IMG/VR virus record: IMGVR_UViG_3300034039_000011
Location: 153-64,152 of that record
DNA length: 64,000 nucleotides
DNA from: a virus
Lineage: Duplodnaviria > Caudoviricetes
Strand: one strand, 5' to 3'
The position numbers and the translations under genes are program-made. The notes beneath the pieces were generated by a model. The model was not told where the DNA came from. It saw only the letters and a list, made by a program, of their open reading frames with translations, and did not search any database. The first letter of the stretch is position 1. Each line of letters begins with the position of its first letter. Shown one piece after another: positions 38,566 through 47,947 of this stretch.

Positions 38566-39615
38566 TTAATAAATAACTTCTTTAAATGTGATTATTTTAT
38601 TATCATATATAAATGTGAATATATACAAACCAACATTAAGTTTAAATGTAAATTTATCTATGTTTATATTTGATTTTATAATTAATTTACCGCTAATATC
38701 ATAAACATAAAGAATGTAATTAACATCATTATTGGTTGTAATTTCAACAAATGAGTTCTTTTTTTTTATATTAAAAATAACATCATCATTATCTTTTTTA
38801 TTAAATTTAAATGTTGTTAATTTATTAATATCACCATTAACATCTTTTTCATATAAAACATAATAATTTAAACCGTTTTTTATATTATAATCATTAAAAT
38901 AATATTTATTTAATGTTCGTTTTTTTGGCGTTATTGTCCCATAATTAACTAAACCATTTATAAATTTATATATGTAATATTTTTCTATTGAACTTTCATC
39001 TGATGTTGAAAAATATAATGTTAAATAATCGCCATTATCATAAATTTCTTTTTCCAATATTTTTGTTGGTAATGGAAAGTCATATGTAATACATATTTCA
39101 ATATAATCTATACATAATACATTATTATTTAAATTTGATTCAAATTTAACTTTTAAACCAAAATTTGAATCATTTACATCAGAAGGTGTCAATGAAAGTG
39201 AATTATCAGTATAAATTGTAGTATCATCAATACCATTATTTCCAATTATTGAACAACCACTTTCTTTTATTCCATTAATACCATTATTATATAATCGTAT
39301 TTCTGATTTTTTACAACCATTATTTAATAACCAATAACCTTCTATTAATATATCTATGTTTGTTATGATTGCATTATTTGGGATTGAAAAATTAAATCCA
39401 ACAAAATAACCATCTATCTTTTCCTTTTTATTTAATACTATACAATTATAATCATTGTCTGATGATGACAGGTTGTTACCTTGAGATGCTAATGAATTGT
39501 TAAAATCTATGCCTTTATTCTTAATATATATTGTTGGACTTGAACATACCACATTTTGAGAAAAACCATAAATGGATATAAATAATAATAATTGAATTAT
39601 AAAAATTCTAATCAT
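38566..39615 (-). CDS. Secreted protein with signal peptide and T9SS type-A C-terminal sorting domain
   Basis: MIRIFIIQLLLFISIYGFS|Q signal peptide; PLP linker plus Ig-like domain (KYYFND..IKNGLNYYVL...DVNG); CTD VYDISGKLI...LNVGLYIF...TFKEVI. Confidence 0.75.
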   Translation of the reverse strand: MIRIFIIQLLLFISIYGFSQNVVCSSPTIYIKNKGIDFNNSLASQGNNLSSSDNDYNCIVLNKKEKIDGYFVGFNFSIPNNAIITNIDILIEGYWLLNNGCKKSEIRLYNNGINGIKESGCSIIGNNGIDDTTIYTDNSLSLTPSDVNDSNFGLKVKFESNLNNNVLCIDYIEICITYDFPLPTKILEKEIYDNGDYLTLYFSTSDESSIEKYYIYKFINGLVNYGTITPKKRTLNKYYFNDYNIKNGLNYYVLYEKDVNGDINKLTTFKFNKKDNDDVIFNIKKKNSFVEITTNNDVNYILYVYDISGKLIIKSNINIDKFTFKLNVGLYIFTFIYDNKIITFKEVIY

Positions 39616-40802
39616 AGAACCAGTTTTATAGTAAAATAAATAAAGTCAAGTTTTGTTTTTTTAATTGGTTCACTAACTCTCCCAACTGCAATTACATTAT
39701 CTTTTTCATCCAACAAATATATTGAAGTTATATAAGTATATTCATTTTCATTATATGTTGGATTTAATGAGGTATTAAAAGAATTTTGTTCTATTCTTAT
39801 CGGTATAATGCATTCAACAGCAGATTCATAAGATGTTAATACTCCATTATGAGATGTACTTGATAAATTTAAATCGCTAACAATTGTCTGGTCTGTTATA
39901 ACAACCAAACCGCTTAATAAATCCACATATCCTACAGGTTTATCTCTAACAATTCCTGAATTTGGAACATCTATATAATTATATAATGGTTTACCATGTT
40001 TTGAGTATGGATATATTTTGCCATATCCATCTCCCCATGATTTTGTAGGATCATTGTTTGGTGGTTGAATTTCATCTGAAAATAATAAAATTTTATATTC
40101 ACCTAAAGCATTAACAACATTGTTAGAATCGTCATATAATTTATTGTCTAATAATTTACGTCTGGTAAGGTTGTTTTGAAGTGTCCCATATAATGTATAC
40201 GTATTTAAATTTCCAAATAATTCTAATTTAATTTCACTACCCGATATAATATTTCCAAACTTACTATCATCTATAGATATTACAATAACATTATCAACAT
40301 TCAAAAATTCTAATGCTGTATTATAATAACCACCACGTTTATAATCTAATATATAATAACTTTTTTGATTATCTGTCAATGGAAAATTTAAATATTGTAA
40401 AATACCAATATATTGGTTTGAAGTATTTGTTCTGTCAATTGATAAAAAAGAAAAATCTGAATTTGATAATGTTTGTGTAGGTATTTTTTTGTTTGTTTGA
40501 GATATTTTTATATCTTCTTCATTTAATTCTTGATAATATTTATCATCTTTATATTTTAAAATACTTTTGGGTATCTTATAATCATAAGCTGAATTATTGC
40601 TTATATTACCAACAAAATCTAATTTTCCAGATATTGATGGGACATACCCATTAGGTAATACTAAATCTGATGAATAATCAATTCCTTCATCAGATACTGC
40701 AAATTTTTTAATATCATTAATTGTATTACTTAACAAAAAATCTCTACCATATGAGGTAAGTCTTGTAACAATTGTTTTAGGTGGTTCTGTTATAAATCCC
40801 AT
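39612..40802 (-). CDS. Baseplate/tail-collar-type structural protein
   Basis: RLTSYGR...FAVSDEGIDY N-terminus and ITSIYLLDEKDNVIAVGRVSEPIKK C-terminus; paralogous termini to the next gene. Confidence 0.55.
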   Translation of the reverse strand: MGFITEPPKTIVTRLTSYGRDFLLSNTINDIKKFAVSDEGIDYSSDLVLPNGYVPSISGKLDFVGNISNNSAYDYKIPKSILKYKDDKYYQELNEEDIKISQTNKKIPTQTLSNSDFSFLSIDRTNTSNQYIGILQYLNFPLTDNQKSYYILDYKRGGYYNTALEFLNVDNVIVISIDDSKFGNIISGSEIKLELFGNLNTYTLYGTLQNNLTRRKLLDNKLYDDSNNVVNALGEYKILLFSDEIQPPNNDPTKSWGDGYGKIYPYSKHGKPLYNYIDVPNSGIVRDKPVGYVDLLSGLVVITDQTIVSDLNLSSTSHNGVLTSYESAVECIIPIRIEQNSFNTSLNPTYNENEYTYITSIYLLDEKDNVIAVGRVSEPIKKTKLDFIYFTIKLVL

Positions 40803-40812
40803 AATATTTAAT

Positions 40813-42924
40813 TTAAAAATCTATTGATAATTCAACCATTATTGTACTACCTGGTTCTAATTCTATTGGTTTACTTGTTTTACCCAACAGAACTAAATTT
40901 TGTTCATCATCATAAATACCAATTTCACTAACTCTAATATTAGTATCTAAATCACTTGACCATGTTTTATTTGTCGTTGCAATAAATTTATCTGAATTAA
41001 TTCTTATATCAAAAATACTTTTAAAAATTGTAGCTCCAATATGAGTATTTATATTACCATAAAATATTCTTTCATCACCAAATTGCAATCTTTCAGGTTC
41101 TGTTAATAATGGCAAATCAAATAAATTAAACAAATTATATGTTGTAGCAGATAAATCAACCGTAGAATCAATAATAAAACCGTTTACTGTCGGGTCTTGA
41201 ACTTCAATCAAATTCGGATCAATTGTTTCATTTGCATTAACTGTTATTCCTGTTGATGTGAAATCTGCAACCTTCCATGAAGAAGGATCTGGTCTATCAT
41301 TTTCATCATCAACAATCTGATATAAAATTTTAAATTTATCTGCATAAAACCCAAGCCCATCATATGTTGGATATTCAATCTTTCTCATATATGGGAATAA
41401 CTCCAAATCTTCAAAAGTAAATAACACATCTCTTGATGTTGATGTTTTATTGGTAATTTTTGTATAATATTGACAATGTAATGGTGTAGTATGTCCACTA
41501 GACATGGTATTTTCAAAGATATATGTTAAATACATTGTTTTATTTTGTTCTAAAACTCCAGTTGATGTTGGAGATGATAGATTTGCTTTCAATGGCGGTA
41601 ATGTCCAATTTCTATTACTTTTATATGACATTGCCATAACAATTTCATCATCATCAATTACCACAAATTTTAATTTATTAAATACTTTACCAACAACTTT
41701 TGGTTCTTTATTTGGATCTATAAAATTCGGATTTTCAATTAAATCATAATATTCAATATTAGTATTTTCTATTGTTTTTACATCACCAGTAGATATAAAA
41801 TACATACCCATTTCATCCCCTGTTCCGTTACCACCAGAAAAATATCTTCTATGATACATTATTGTAGGTAAATACAATTCAAAATGTTTATTATTATCAT
41901 GGTCAATATTAAAATATTCACCATATACATTAGACAACAAATTATTGGTATAATGAATAATAGATATACTTTTTCGTACAGGGTCTATAATACTTTCACC
42001 ATCACATTTAGGAGATGTGTCTATAAATGTATCAAAACAATTATAATTTAAAAATGGATATTTTTCGCCTAAATATTGATAAGAACCAAAATATTCATAA
42101 TTTTCATGAGTGTTACCTGAATATCCTGCTAAATCTTCACACCATATATTATTCATGTTCCATATTGGAATATCCTTACAAGTTACTTCGGATATGGCGT
42201 CAAAAGATAATGTTCCACTATCCCAATAAGCAGTTGTGTCTCCACTATATATTGTTGAATAAAAATCGTTAGGATATAAATGATATTCCACATCAACACT
42301 TTCACCAGATAAATTAGGAAATGCCCTATCAACTTCTATTGTGTTTCCAGTAATACCTTCTATTTTATACCATAATGTTGGTGTGGGAGTAGTTGCATCT
42401 AATGGTTGTAATAATCCTGCTGTATCGTTTGTAAATCTTATTAAGATATAATCATTAACATTTGCATTACCATTAAACCCAGAATAAATTTTAGTACCGG
42501 TAAACCCAGAAGCTGGTAATATTCCATACTCCATTTCATAAGACGAACCACTTAATATATTCCAACCACTTGTAGTGTCCCCAGTAAAAAAACCTCTTTC
42601 TTTAGCTTTGTTACTAACAACTAATTTTAATGTTTTAAATTCATCAGTACCTATTTCATTAAAAGGATTTAAAGAGCTATTCCCATCATATACATAAGAT
42701 ACGAAATCATTGTTATCATCAACTGGTCTTAATAATTTTGTAGTTGCAGATAATGTAACATCAGATGTGTTGTTTTCTACTAAAAATTCTCTTTCATAAT
42801 TTATTTCAGAATCTCCAATAGCCCAATATTTAAAGTTTAAATTTCCAGATGCGATTCTTTCTCTACCCTTTTCTGTTAACTTTGTGCTAATATATGGGTC
42901 TGAATTGTTTATTATAAATGACAT
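40813..42924 (-). CDS. Baseplate/tail-collar-type structural protein
   Basis: KLTEKGRERIASG...WAIGDSEINY and VSEIGIYDDEQNLVLLGKTSKPI. Confidence 0.6.
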   Translation of the reverse strand: MSFIINNSDPYISTKLTEKGRERIASGNLNFKYWAIGDSEINYEREFLVENNTSDVTLSATTKLLRPVDDNNDFVSYVYDGNSSLNPFNEIGTDEFKTLKLVVSNKAKERGFFTGDTTSGWNILSGSSYEMEYGILPASGFTGTKIYSGFNGNANVNDYILIRFTNDTAGLLQPLDATTPTPTLWYKIEGITGNTIEVDRAFPNLSGESVDVEYHLYPNDFYSTIYSGDTTAYWDSGTLSFDAISEVTCKDIPIWNMNNIWCEDLAGYSGNTHENYEYFGSYQYLGEKYPFLNYNCFDTFIDTSPKCDGESIIDPVRKSISIIHYTNNLLSNVYGEYFNIDHDNNKHFELYLPTIMYHRRYFSGGNGTGDEMGMYFISTGDVKTIENTNIEYYDLIENPNFIDPNKEPKVVGKVFNKLKFVVIDDDEIVMAMSYKSNRNWTLPPLKANLSSPTSTGVLEQNKTMYLTYIFENTMSSGHTTPLHCQYYTKITNKTSTSRDVLFTFEDLELFPYMRKIEYPTYDGLGFYADKFKILYQIVDDENDRPDPSSWKVADFTSTGITVNANETIDPNLIEVQDPTVNGFIIDSTVDLSATTYNLFNLFDLPLLTEPERLQFGDERIFYGNINTHIGATIFKSIFDIRINSDKFIATTNKTWSSDLDTNIRVSEIGIYDDEQNLVLLGKTSKPIELEPGSTIMVELSIDF

Positions 42925-43030
42925 AATATATTTTTTAGTTTTCTTTTTATTTTAATATTTTTAATTATTTAAATAGGTTCTATACTCTGTAATATAAATA
43001 TAAAATTTGTATTTTTTTTGTTATATAAAA

Positions 43031-44863
43031 TTAATATGAATTTATTGCATTTGACATTATTGTTATTTTAACTGTATCACTATTTTTAGTTCTAATTATC
43101 TTATCTCCATTAACTGTTTCATGTATTTTTTTATTTACAACTCTATAATATAAAATATCACCAATTGAACCACTTACCAATAATTTGGTATTATATCCAC
43201 TTTTACCTTTAACATATGGTATTGAATCTGTATATAAAATATTATTAAATGAAATGTCATTAGATACTTCCACAACAAATTCACCGCTATCTGTATCTAT
43301 AGGTCTTGAAACATACCATGATATTGTCGGGGTATTTGTATATACTTCTCCTACATATTCTGGTGCTTGTACATATATTACATTTATTACATCATTAGGT
43401 AATAAATTACCTTCTAATATAATCCTTTTAGGGTTGGATATTGATTGATAATAATCAATATTATTTGATAATGTAACACCGTTTAAGGTTACAATAATAT
43501 CGTTTGGTGATATTGGATAATATTCAATAAATATTTCGTATTTTGACGTGTCTGTATTATAATATACTTTATTATCACCTTCCATATTTGTTTGTCCAGA
43601 GGATATTGGATTTGGTGCTATAATGGTTTCGCTATATGGTGAATTTAATGATTGGTTAGACACATATACCAAAGTAACTACATCTCCCTCATATATGGTA
43701 TCATTAAATGTTATTGTGTTAGATGAGAAGGTATAATCATTGTCTTTAGACAACATCAAACCATTTAAATAAACCAAAACATCACCATTTATCTCATTAT
43801 TTATTATAATTGATGTTTCACCCTCTTCCATTATTTTCGTTGTAGAATAAAGAGAGCCTGTCGAAACGTCTTCATCAATTGTATTTTTGTTAAATAATGG
43901 CTCTAATGGTTCAACAATACCCACAAAATATAAATCTCTTTCCTTAGTATATAAACCATATTCTTTTCCATTTTTATATTTATCAGTAATTAACCTATCC
44001 CCAGTTAATGAAATTATTTTATTACAATGTGGTATATCATAATAAGATTTTAATAAATAATCACCATCAAAATCTAATTCTTCACCACTTAATTCTACAG
44101 TTAAAACACCAGTTTTATATATTTCTGATGCTAATACATATTCTGATGTATATATTGGTATTTTATTAAATTGTTTACTATCTTTATTGTATTTATATAT
44201 TTCAAATTTATATTTTGAATCATCAATAAGATATTGACTTAACGGAAATTGTAAATCAAATGTAATAGTATCAGATTTATTGTCTATAATAAAAACATTT
44301 GAATCATTTTCTGTTAATGAACTGAATGAATAGTTTAACCAACTATTATCACTTAAAATGCAAGAATTATTACTATTATCAATTATTTCAGGTAATAAAT
44401 TTATGGAGATGTAAGAAACCCCATTTGGTTTTTCAATATATATTAAACTACCATCAAAATAATAATTATAACCCAAAGTTTTAAAACCACGACTTAATGA
44501 TAATTTAATTGTATTTTCAGATGGAGTTCCTGTAAAAGTATGAGTTGATATTGTGCCACTTAAAATATTATTATCATCTTCTAACACATAATTATATTTT
44601 GTTTTAGTTACGGCAGAAACTGGGATTGAACAACCGTTTAAACCATAAAAAATTCCAGATGTTTCGGAAGAAGTTACGATACCGCTAAATGATAAATTGT
44701 TTATATCATCACTATCCCATCCTTTTATAATTTTATATAACTTGTCAGAAGTTATTATTGGTTCAATAAATGAGCAAATTTCAGAACTGGTATTAACTGT
44801 GTTTATTTCTATATTTTTATTAAAGATTCCTGTCTTATTATATATTTTTTCTTGAAATCTCAT
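43031..44863 (-). CDS. Putative structural protein with two VxLNG..L..DY repeats and an FN3-like end
   Basis: VYLNGLMLSKDNDY / VTLNGVTLSNNIDY; YYRV. Confidence 0.55.
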   Translation of the reverse strand: MRFQEKIYNKTGIFNKNIEINTVNTSSEICSFIEPIITSDKLYKIIKGWDSDDINNLSFSGIVTSSETSGIFYGLNGCSIPVSAVTKTKYNYVLEDDNNILSGTISTHTFTGTPSENTIKLSLSRGFKTLGYNYYFDGSLIYIEKPNGVSYISINLLPEIIDNSNNSCILSDNSWLNYSFSSLTENDSNVFIIDNKSDTITFDLQFPLSQYLIDDSKYKFEIYKYNKDSKQFNKIPIYTSEYVLASEIYKTGVLTVELSGEELDFDGDYLLKSYYDIPHCNKIISLTGDRLITDKYKNGKEYGLYTKERDLYFVGIVEPLEPLFNKNTIDEDVSTGSLYSTTKIMEEGETSIIINNEINGDVLVYLNGLMLSKDNDYTFSSNTITFNDTIYEGDVVTLVYVSNQSLNSPYSETIIAPNPISSGQTNMEGDNKVYYNTDTSKYEIFIEYYPISPNDIIVTLNGVTLSNNIDYYQSISNPKRIILEGNLLPNDVINVIYVQAPEYVGEVYTNTPTISWYVSRPIDTDSGEFVVEVSNDISFNNILYTDSIPYVKGKSGYNTKLLVSGSIGDILYYRVVNKKIHETVNGDKIIRTKNSDTVKITIMSNAINSY

Positions 44864-45090
44864 TAATAATCAATTTTATATTCAATGTATTTTATTCCAT
44901 TGTTTTTATTAACTAATTTATAATCATAAAAACTAATAGCATTTTTTAATTCAATCCCATTCTTTTCAAATGACATTATTTTAAAATATCTACCATAACC
45001 AACATCTCCAGATAGCGATTCTCTATAATCAAGTTCACTATCTATTGTTTCTAATATTTTACTTTCTATTTTTTTTATAAATACAGCCAT
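44863..45090 (-). CDS. Hypothetical protein
   Basis: 75 aa ORF with stop-start overlaps on both sides. Confidence 0.6.
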   Translation of the reverse strand: MAVFIKKIESKILETIDSELDYRESLSGDVGYGRYFKIMSFEKNGIELKNAISFYDYKLVNKNNGIKYIEYKIDY

Positions 45091-47936
45091 TATATTTGTG
45101 TATTTGAATCAATAGTTATTATTTTATTAGATGTACAATTGTTGGTATCTGTAACAGTTACTTCTATTTCAATAGAATCTGATTGAGTTATTTCAGTAAA
45201 TGATGTTCCACTAATAGTAACAGTTTCATTATTTTCAGTGCCACTTACAATTTCCCAATCACTAAAGTTTCCTGTTTTTGAATTTATTGACCAATTAAAT
45301 GAATATGGTGCTGTACCTCCGACATATGTTGGTGTTAAATCAATGCTACCATTTGATATATCTGAATTAATTTTATAATCAGATATTAATAAATCGCATT
45401 CATTTAAAACCCCTTCACCATTTTTCAATATTCTAATTTTTCCGATAAATTCAGAACCAACATTAAATTGTTTAATGTTTATTTCTTCACATATGCTTGG
45501 TATTTCTTTTTCTTCATCACAAACATCTATAATTTTTCCATCATAAACATATGTGGTAACACCAGTAGTAACACCTGTTAAACTACTTGGATATTCTACA
45601 TAATCACTTTCTTCACATGTAAAAATTGTATATTTTTTATAATTAAATTTAGGTGAATCAAAAAATCCGTTTCTATATTTTATTACAGAGTTCCATATTG
45701 CAGTGGAAGGCATTACTTCCTCAACTAAATCAATCCAATTATTATTAATTTTATCAATAATTTTTTCAATACTTTCATAAGTAAATGCATTACTTTCCAC
45801 AGTTCCAGAAAAACTATTTAAATATCTTTCATATAACAATTTAATGGTTGGATATGATTTTATTGTTTTCCTATTCCTAACATCAATTAAATTGGATATT
45901 ATGTTTTCTTTAAATTCATAAAAATTAGTTATATCATTAATTTCAAATTCCAATAATTTGGATAAATCAATCCCAGAATCTCCACAATATCCTTCATTAC
46001 ATCCATTACAATCAGATGCTATTAAATCAACATCATCTCTTATTATTTTTGTACATTTAAAATCATTCGGATCACAAGTGTCCAATGAATAACCAGTAGG
46101 ACAAGAATATCCGTTAACACTACCTAACTGAAAATAATCATTTATATAGTCTTTTGTGCTAAATACTGTTACTCCAGATAACTCTGATTCGCTTGTCATT
46201 CCAGATAATTGATCTATTGTAGCATCATATATTTCAGCACACATTCCAGCAATAGAAGTTACATTATAATATTCCATTTCAATAATATTCTTACCACTTT
46301 TAAGATAATATTCAAATATCCAAACATGTTGCATAAAAAGTGATAAGTTTGGTGATGTATATGGTGCTAATCTTGAATGTGGTAATGAATCAAATACCAA
46401 TTCACCATTTATTTTTAACCTAAATCTATCATCCGCAGACAATGCAATATTATATACACCAGTTTTTGGTAAATCAATACAAAAAGAAAATCCAATCCAT
46501 TCTTGAGTTGGGTTTCCTTGTGCTTTTATTCCAGCAGCGTTTAATCTACCGTGATTAACTGATAACCCATCTCCCCATAAGGAATTTCTTATTGTGGGTG
46601 GTCCATAATAAGTACTACCAGTTCCAGGTCCACCAACAACAGCATTTACAACTTCAAGATTTCCATCAACCACAAAATTAGTTCCTGAATAAGAACCTGC
46701 TTGACCTGTATATCCACTAAATTTTAATGGTTTTGGTCTTTCTGTTATATTGCCTAAAAAAACTGCACCATAATAATTATATTGTGAATATTTATCACCA
46801 TCAACTGCAAGATATGGGGTCCCATTCAATGTCGGGTCTGTTGATTCAATATATAAACATTCTGTTTTTTCAGGGGATAATTCACCAACAATACATCCAG
46901 GCTTATATCCCAATGAACAACCGATTAAATCATTATTTTCCAAAACATAACAATATAAATCATATTCAATACCATTAGCCCCACATAAAACCAAATCAAT
47001 CTCTTTACTGTTTAGAATTTGTTTCTCATTGTTTAATGTATATTTTGTCTCTCTATTTATAAAATCATAATCTCTTATTGTTTTAATATCAACATCTACC
47101 CAAGATTTTTTGTTATCAACAGTCTTTTCTAATTCAAACCCAATACATTTACTTATAAAATTTGTAGTACTATTATCTACTAAGCATTTTTTTTCAATAA
47201 CAACTTTATCTATTAAAATGGAAATATCAATATTTGAATTATAAACTTTTAATGATAATTTTATTTTATTATTTTTAATTTTATCAATTATTCCTTTATC
47301 TGAAATTTTAAATGTTTTACTAATCCATTCAGAATTTAATGTACAATCCTCTAAATATTTACAATTTTCACCTAATTCATTTTTTATACATGATTTTACA
47401 TTCTTAATACAATTAGTATCTCCTGTTAATAATATTCCAGTTTCACAATTGTCTATAATATATTCTGAAAAAATACCAGTATTTATTATTTCTTCTTCAT
47501 ATACTTCTTCTACTACATAATTTCCTATAGGTGTTTCCCCTTCATTTGGTTCTCTATATAAATCTACTGTTGATGATATTTTTATATCATTTAAAGCCTC
47601 TAAACAATTATCATAATTCAAAATATTATTACAATCTATAGAAACCATAAAATCAAAAGAAATTTCCAAATAACAATCTTCATTTTCATCAACATCGAAC
47701 AAAGAACCATCGTTGTATGTAGAGTTTACATTTATTTTATATGGAAAATTATTTGAAACATCAGACCAATAACACCTACCAGTAGCTTCATTCCAATTTT
47801 TATTTAATGAATTACAACATTCTTTACCAATGGGATTATTGTTGCCATCTGAATCAATTCCATAAACAATCCCATCTTCACCAAAAGATACTGTTTCTAT
47901 AATATTTCCAAATATGTCTTTACAATCATTTGCCAT
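45090..47936 (-). CDS. Cys-rich baseplate-cluster protein with PA14-like domain and C-terminal SprB/PKD-like repeat
   Basis: LSADDRFRLKINGELV...LKSGKNIIEMEYY; GGTAPYSFNWS...VTVTDTNNC. Confidence 0.55.
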   Translation of the reverse strand: MANDCKDIFGNIIETVSFGEDGIVYGIDSDGNNNPIGKECCNSLNKNWNEATGRCYWSDVSNNFPYKINVNSTYNDGSLFDVDENEDCYLEISFDFMVSIDCNNILNYDNCLEALNDIKISSTVDLYREPNEGETPIGNYVVEEVYEEEIINTGIFSEYIIDNCETGILLTGDTNCIKNVKSCIKNELGENCKYLEDCTLNSEWISKTFKISDKGIIDKIKNNKIKLSLKVYNSNIDISILIDKVVIEKKCLVDNSTTNFISKCIGFELEKTVDNKKSWVDVDIKTIRDYDFINRETKYTLNNEKQILNSKEIDLVLCGANGIEYDLYCYVLENNDLIGCSLGYKPGCIVGELSPEKTECLYIESTDPTLNGTPYLAVDGDKYSQYNYYGAVFLGNITERPKPLKFSGYTGQAGSYSGTNFVVDGNLEVVNAVVGGPGTGSTYYGPPTIRNSLWGDGLSVNHGRLNAAGIKAQGNPTQEWIGFSFCIDLPKTGVYNIALSADDRFRLKINGELVFDSLPHSRLAPYTSPNLSLFMQHVWIFEYYLKSGKNIIEMEYYNVTSIAGMCAEIYDATIDQLSGMTSESELSGVTVFSTKDYINDYFQLGSVNGYSCPTGYSLDTCDPNDFKCTKIIRDDVDLIASDCNGCNEGYCGDSGIDLSKLLEFEINDITNFYEFKENIISNLIDVRNRKTIKSYPTIKLLYERYLNSFSGTVESNAFTYESIEKIIDKINNNWIDLVEEVMPSTAIWNSVIKYRNGFFDSPKFNYKKYTIFTCEESDYVEYPSSLTGVTTGVTTYVYDGKIIDVCDEEKEIPSICEEINIKQFNVGSEFIGKIRILKNGEGVLNECDLLISDYKINSDISNGSIDLTPTYVGGTAPYSFNWSINSKTGNFSDWEIVSGTENNETVTISGTSFTEITQSDSIEIEVTVTDTNNCTSNKIITIDSNTQI

Positions 47937-47947
47937 ACTACAAAATT

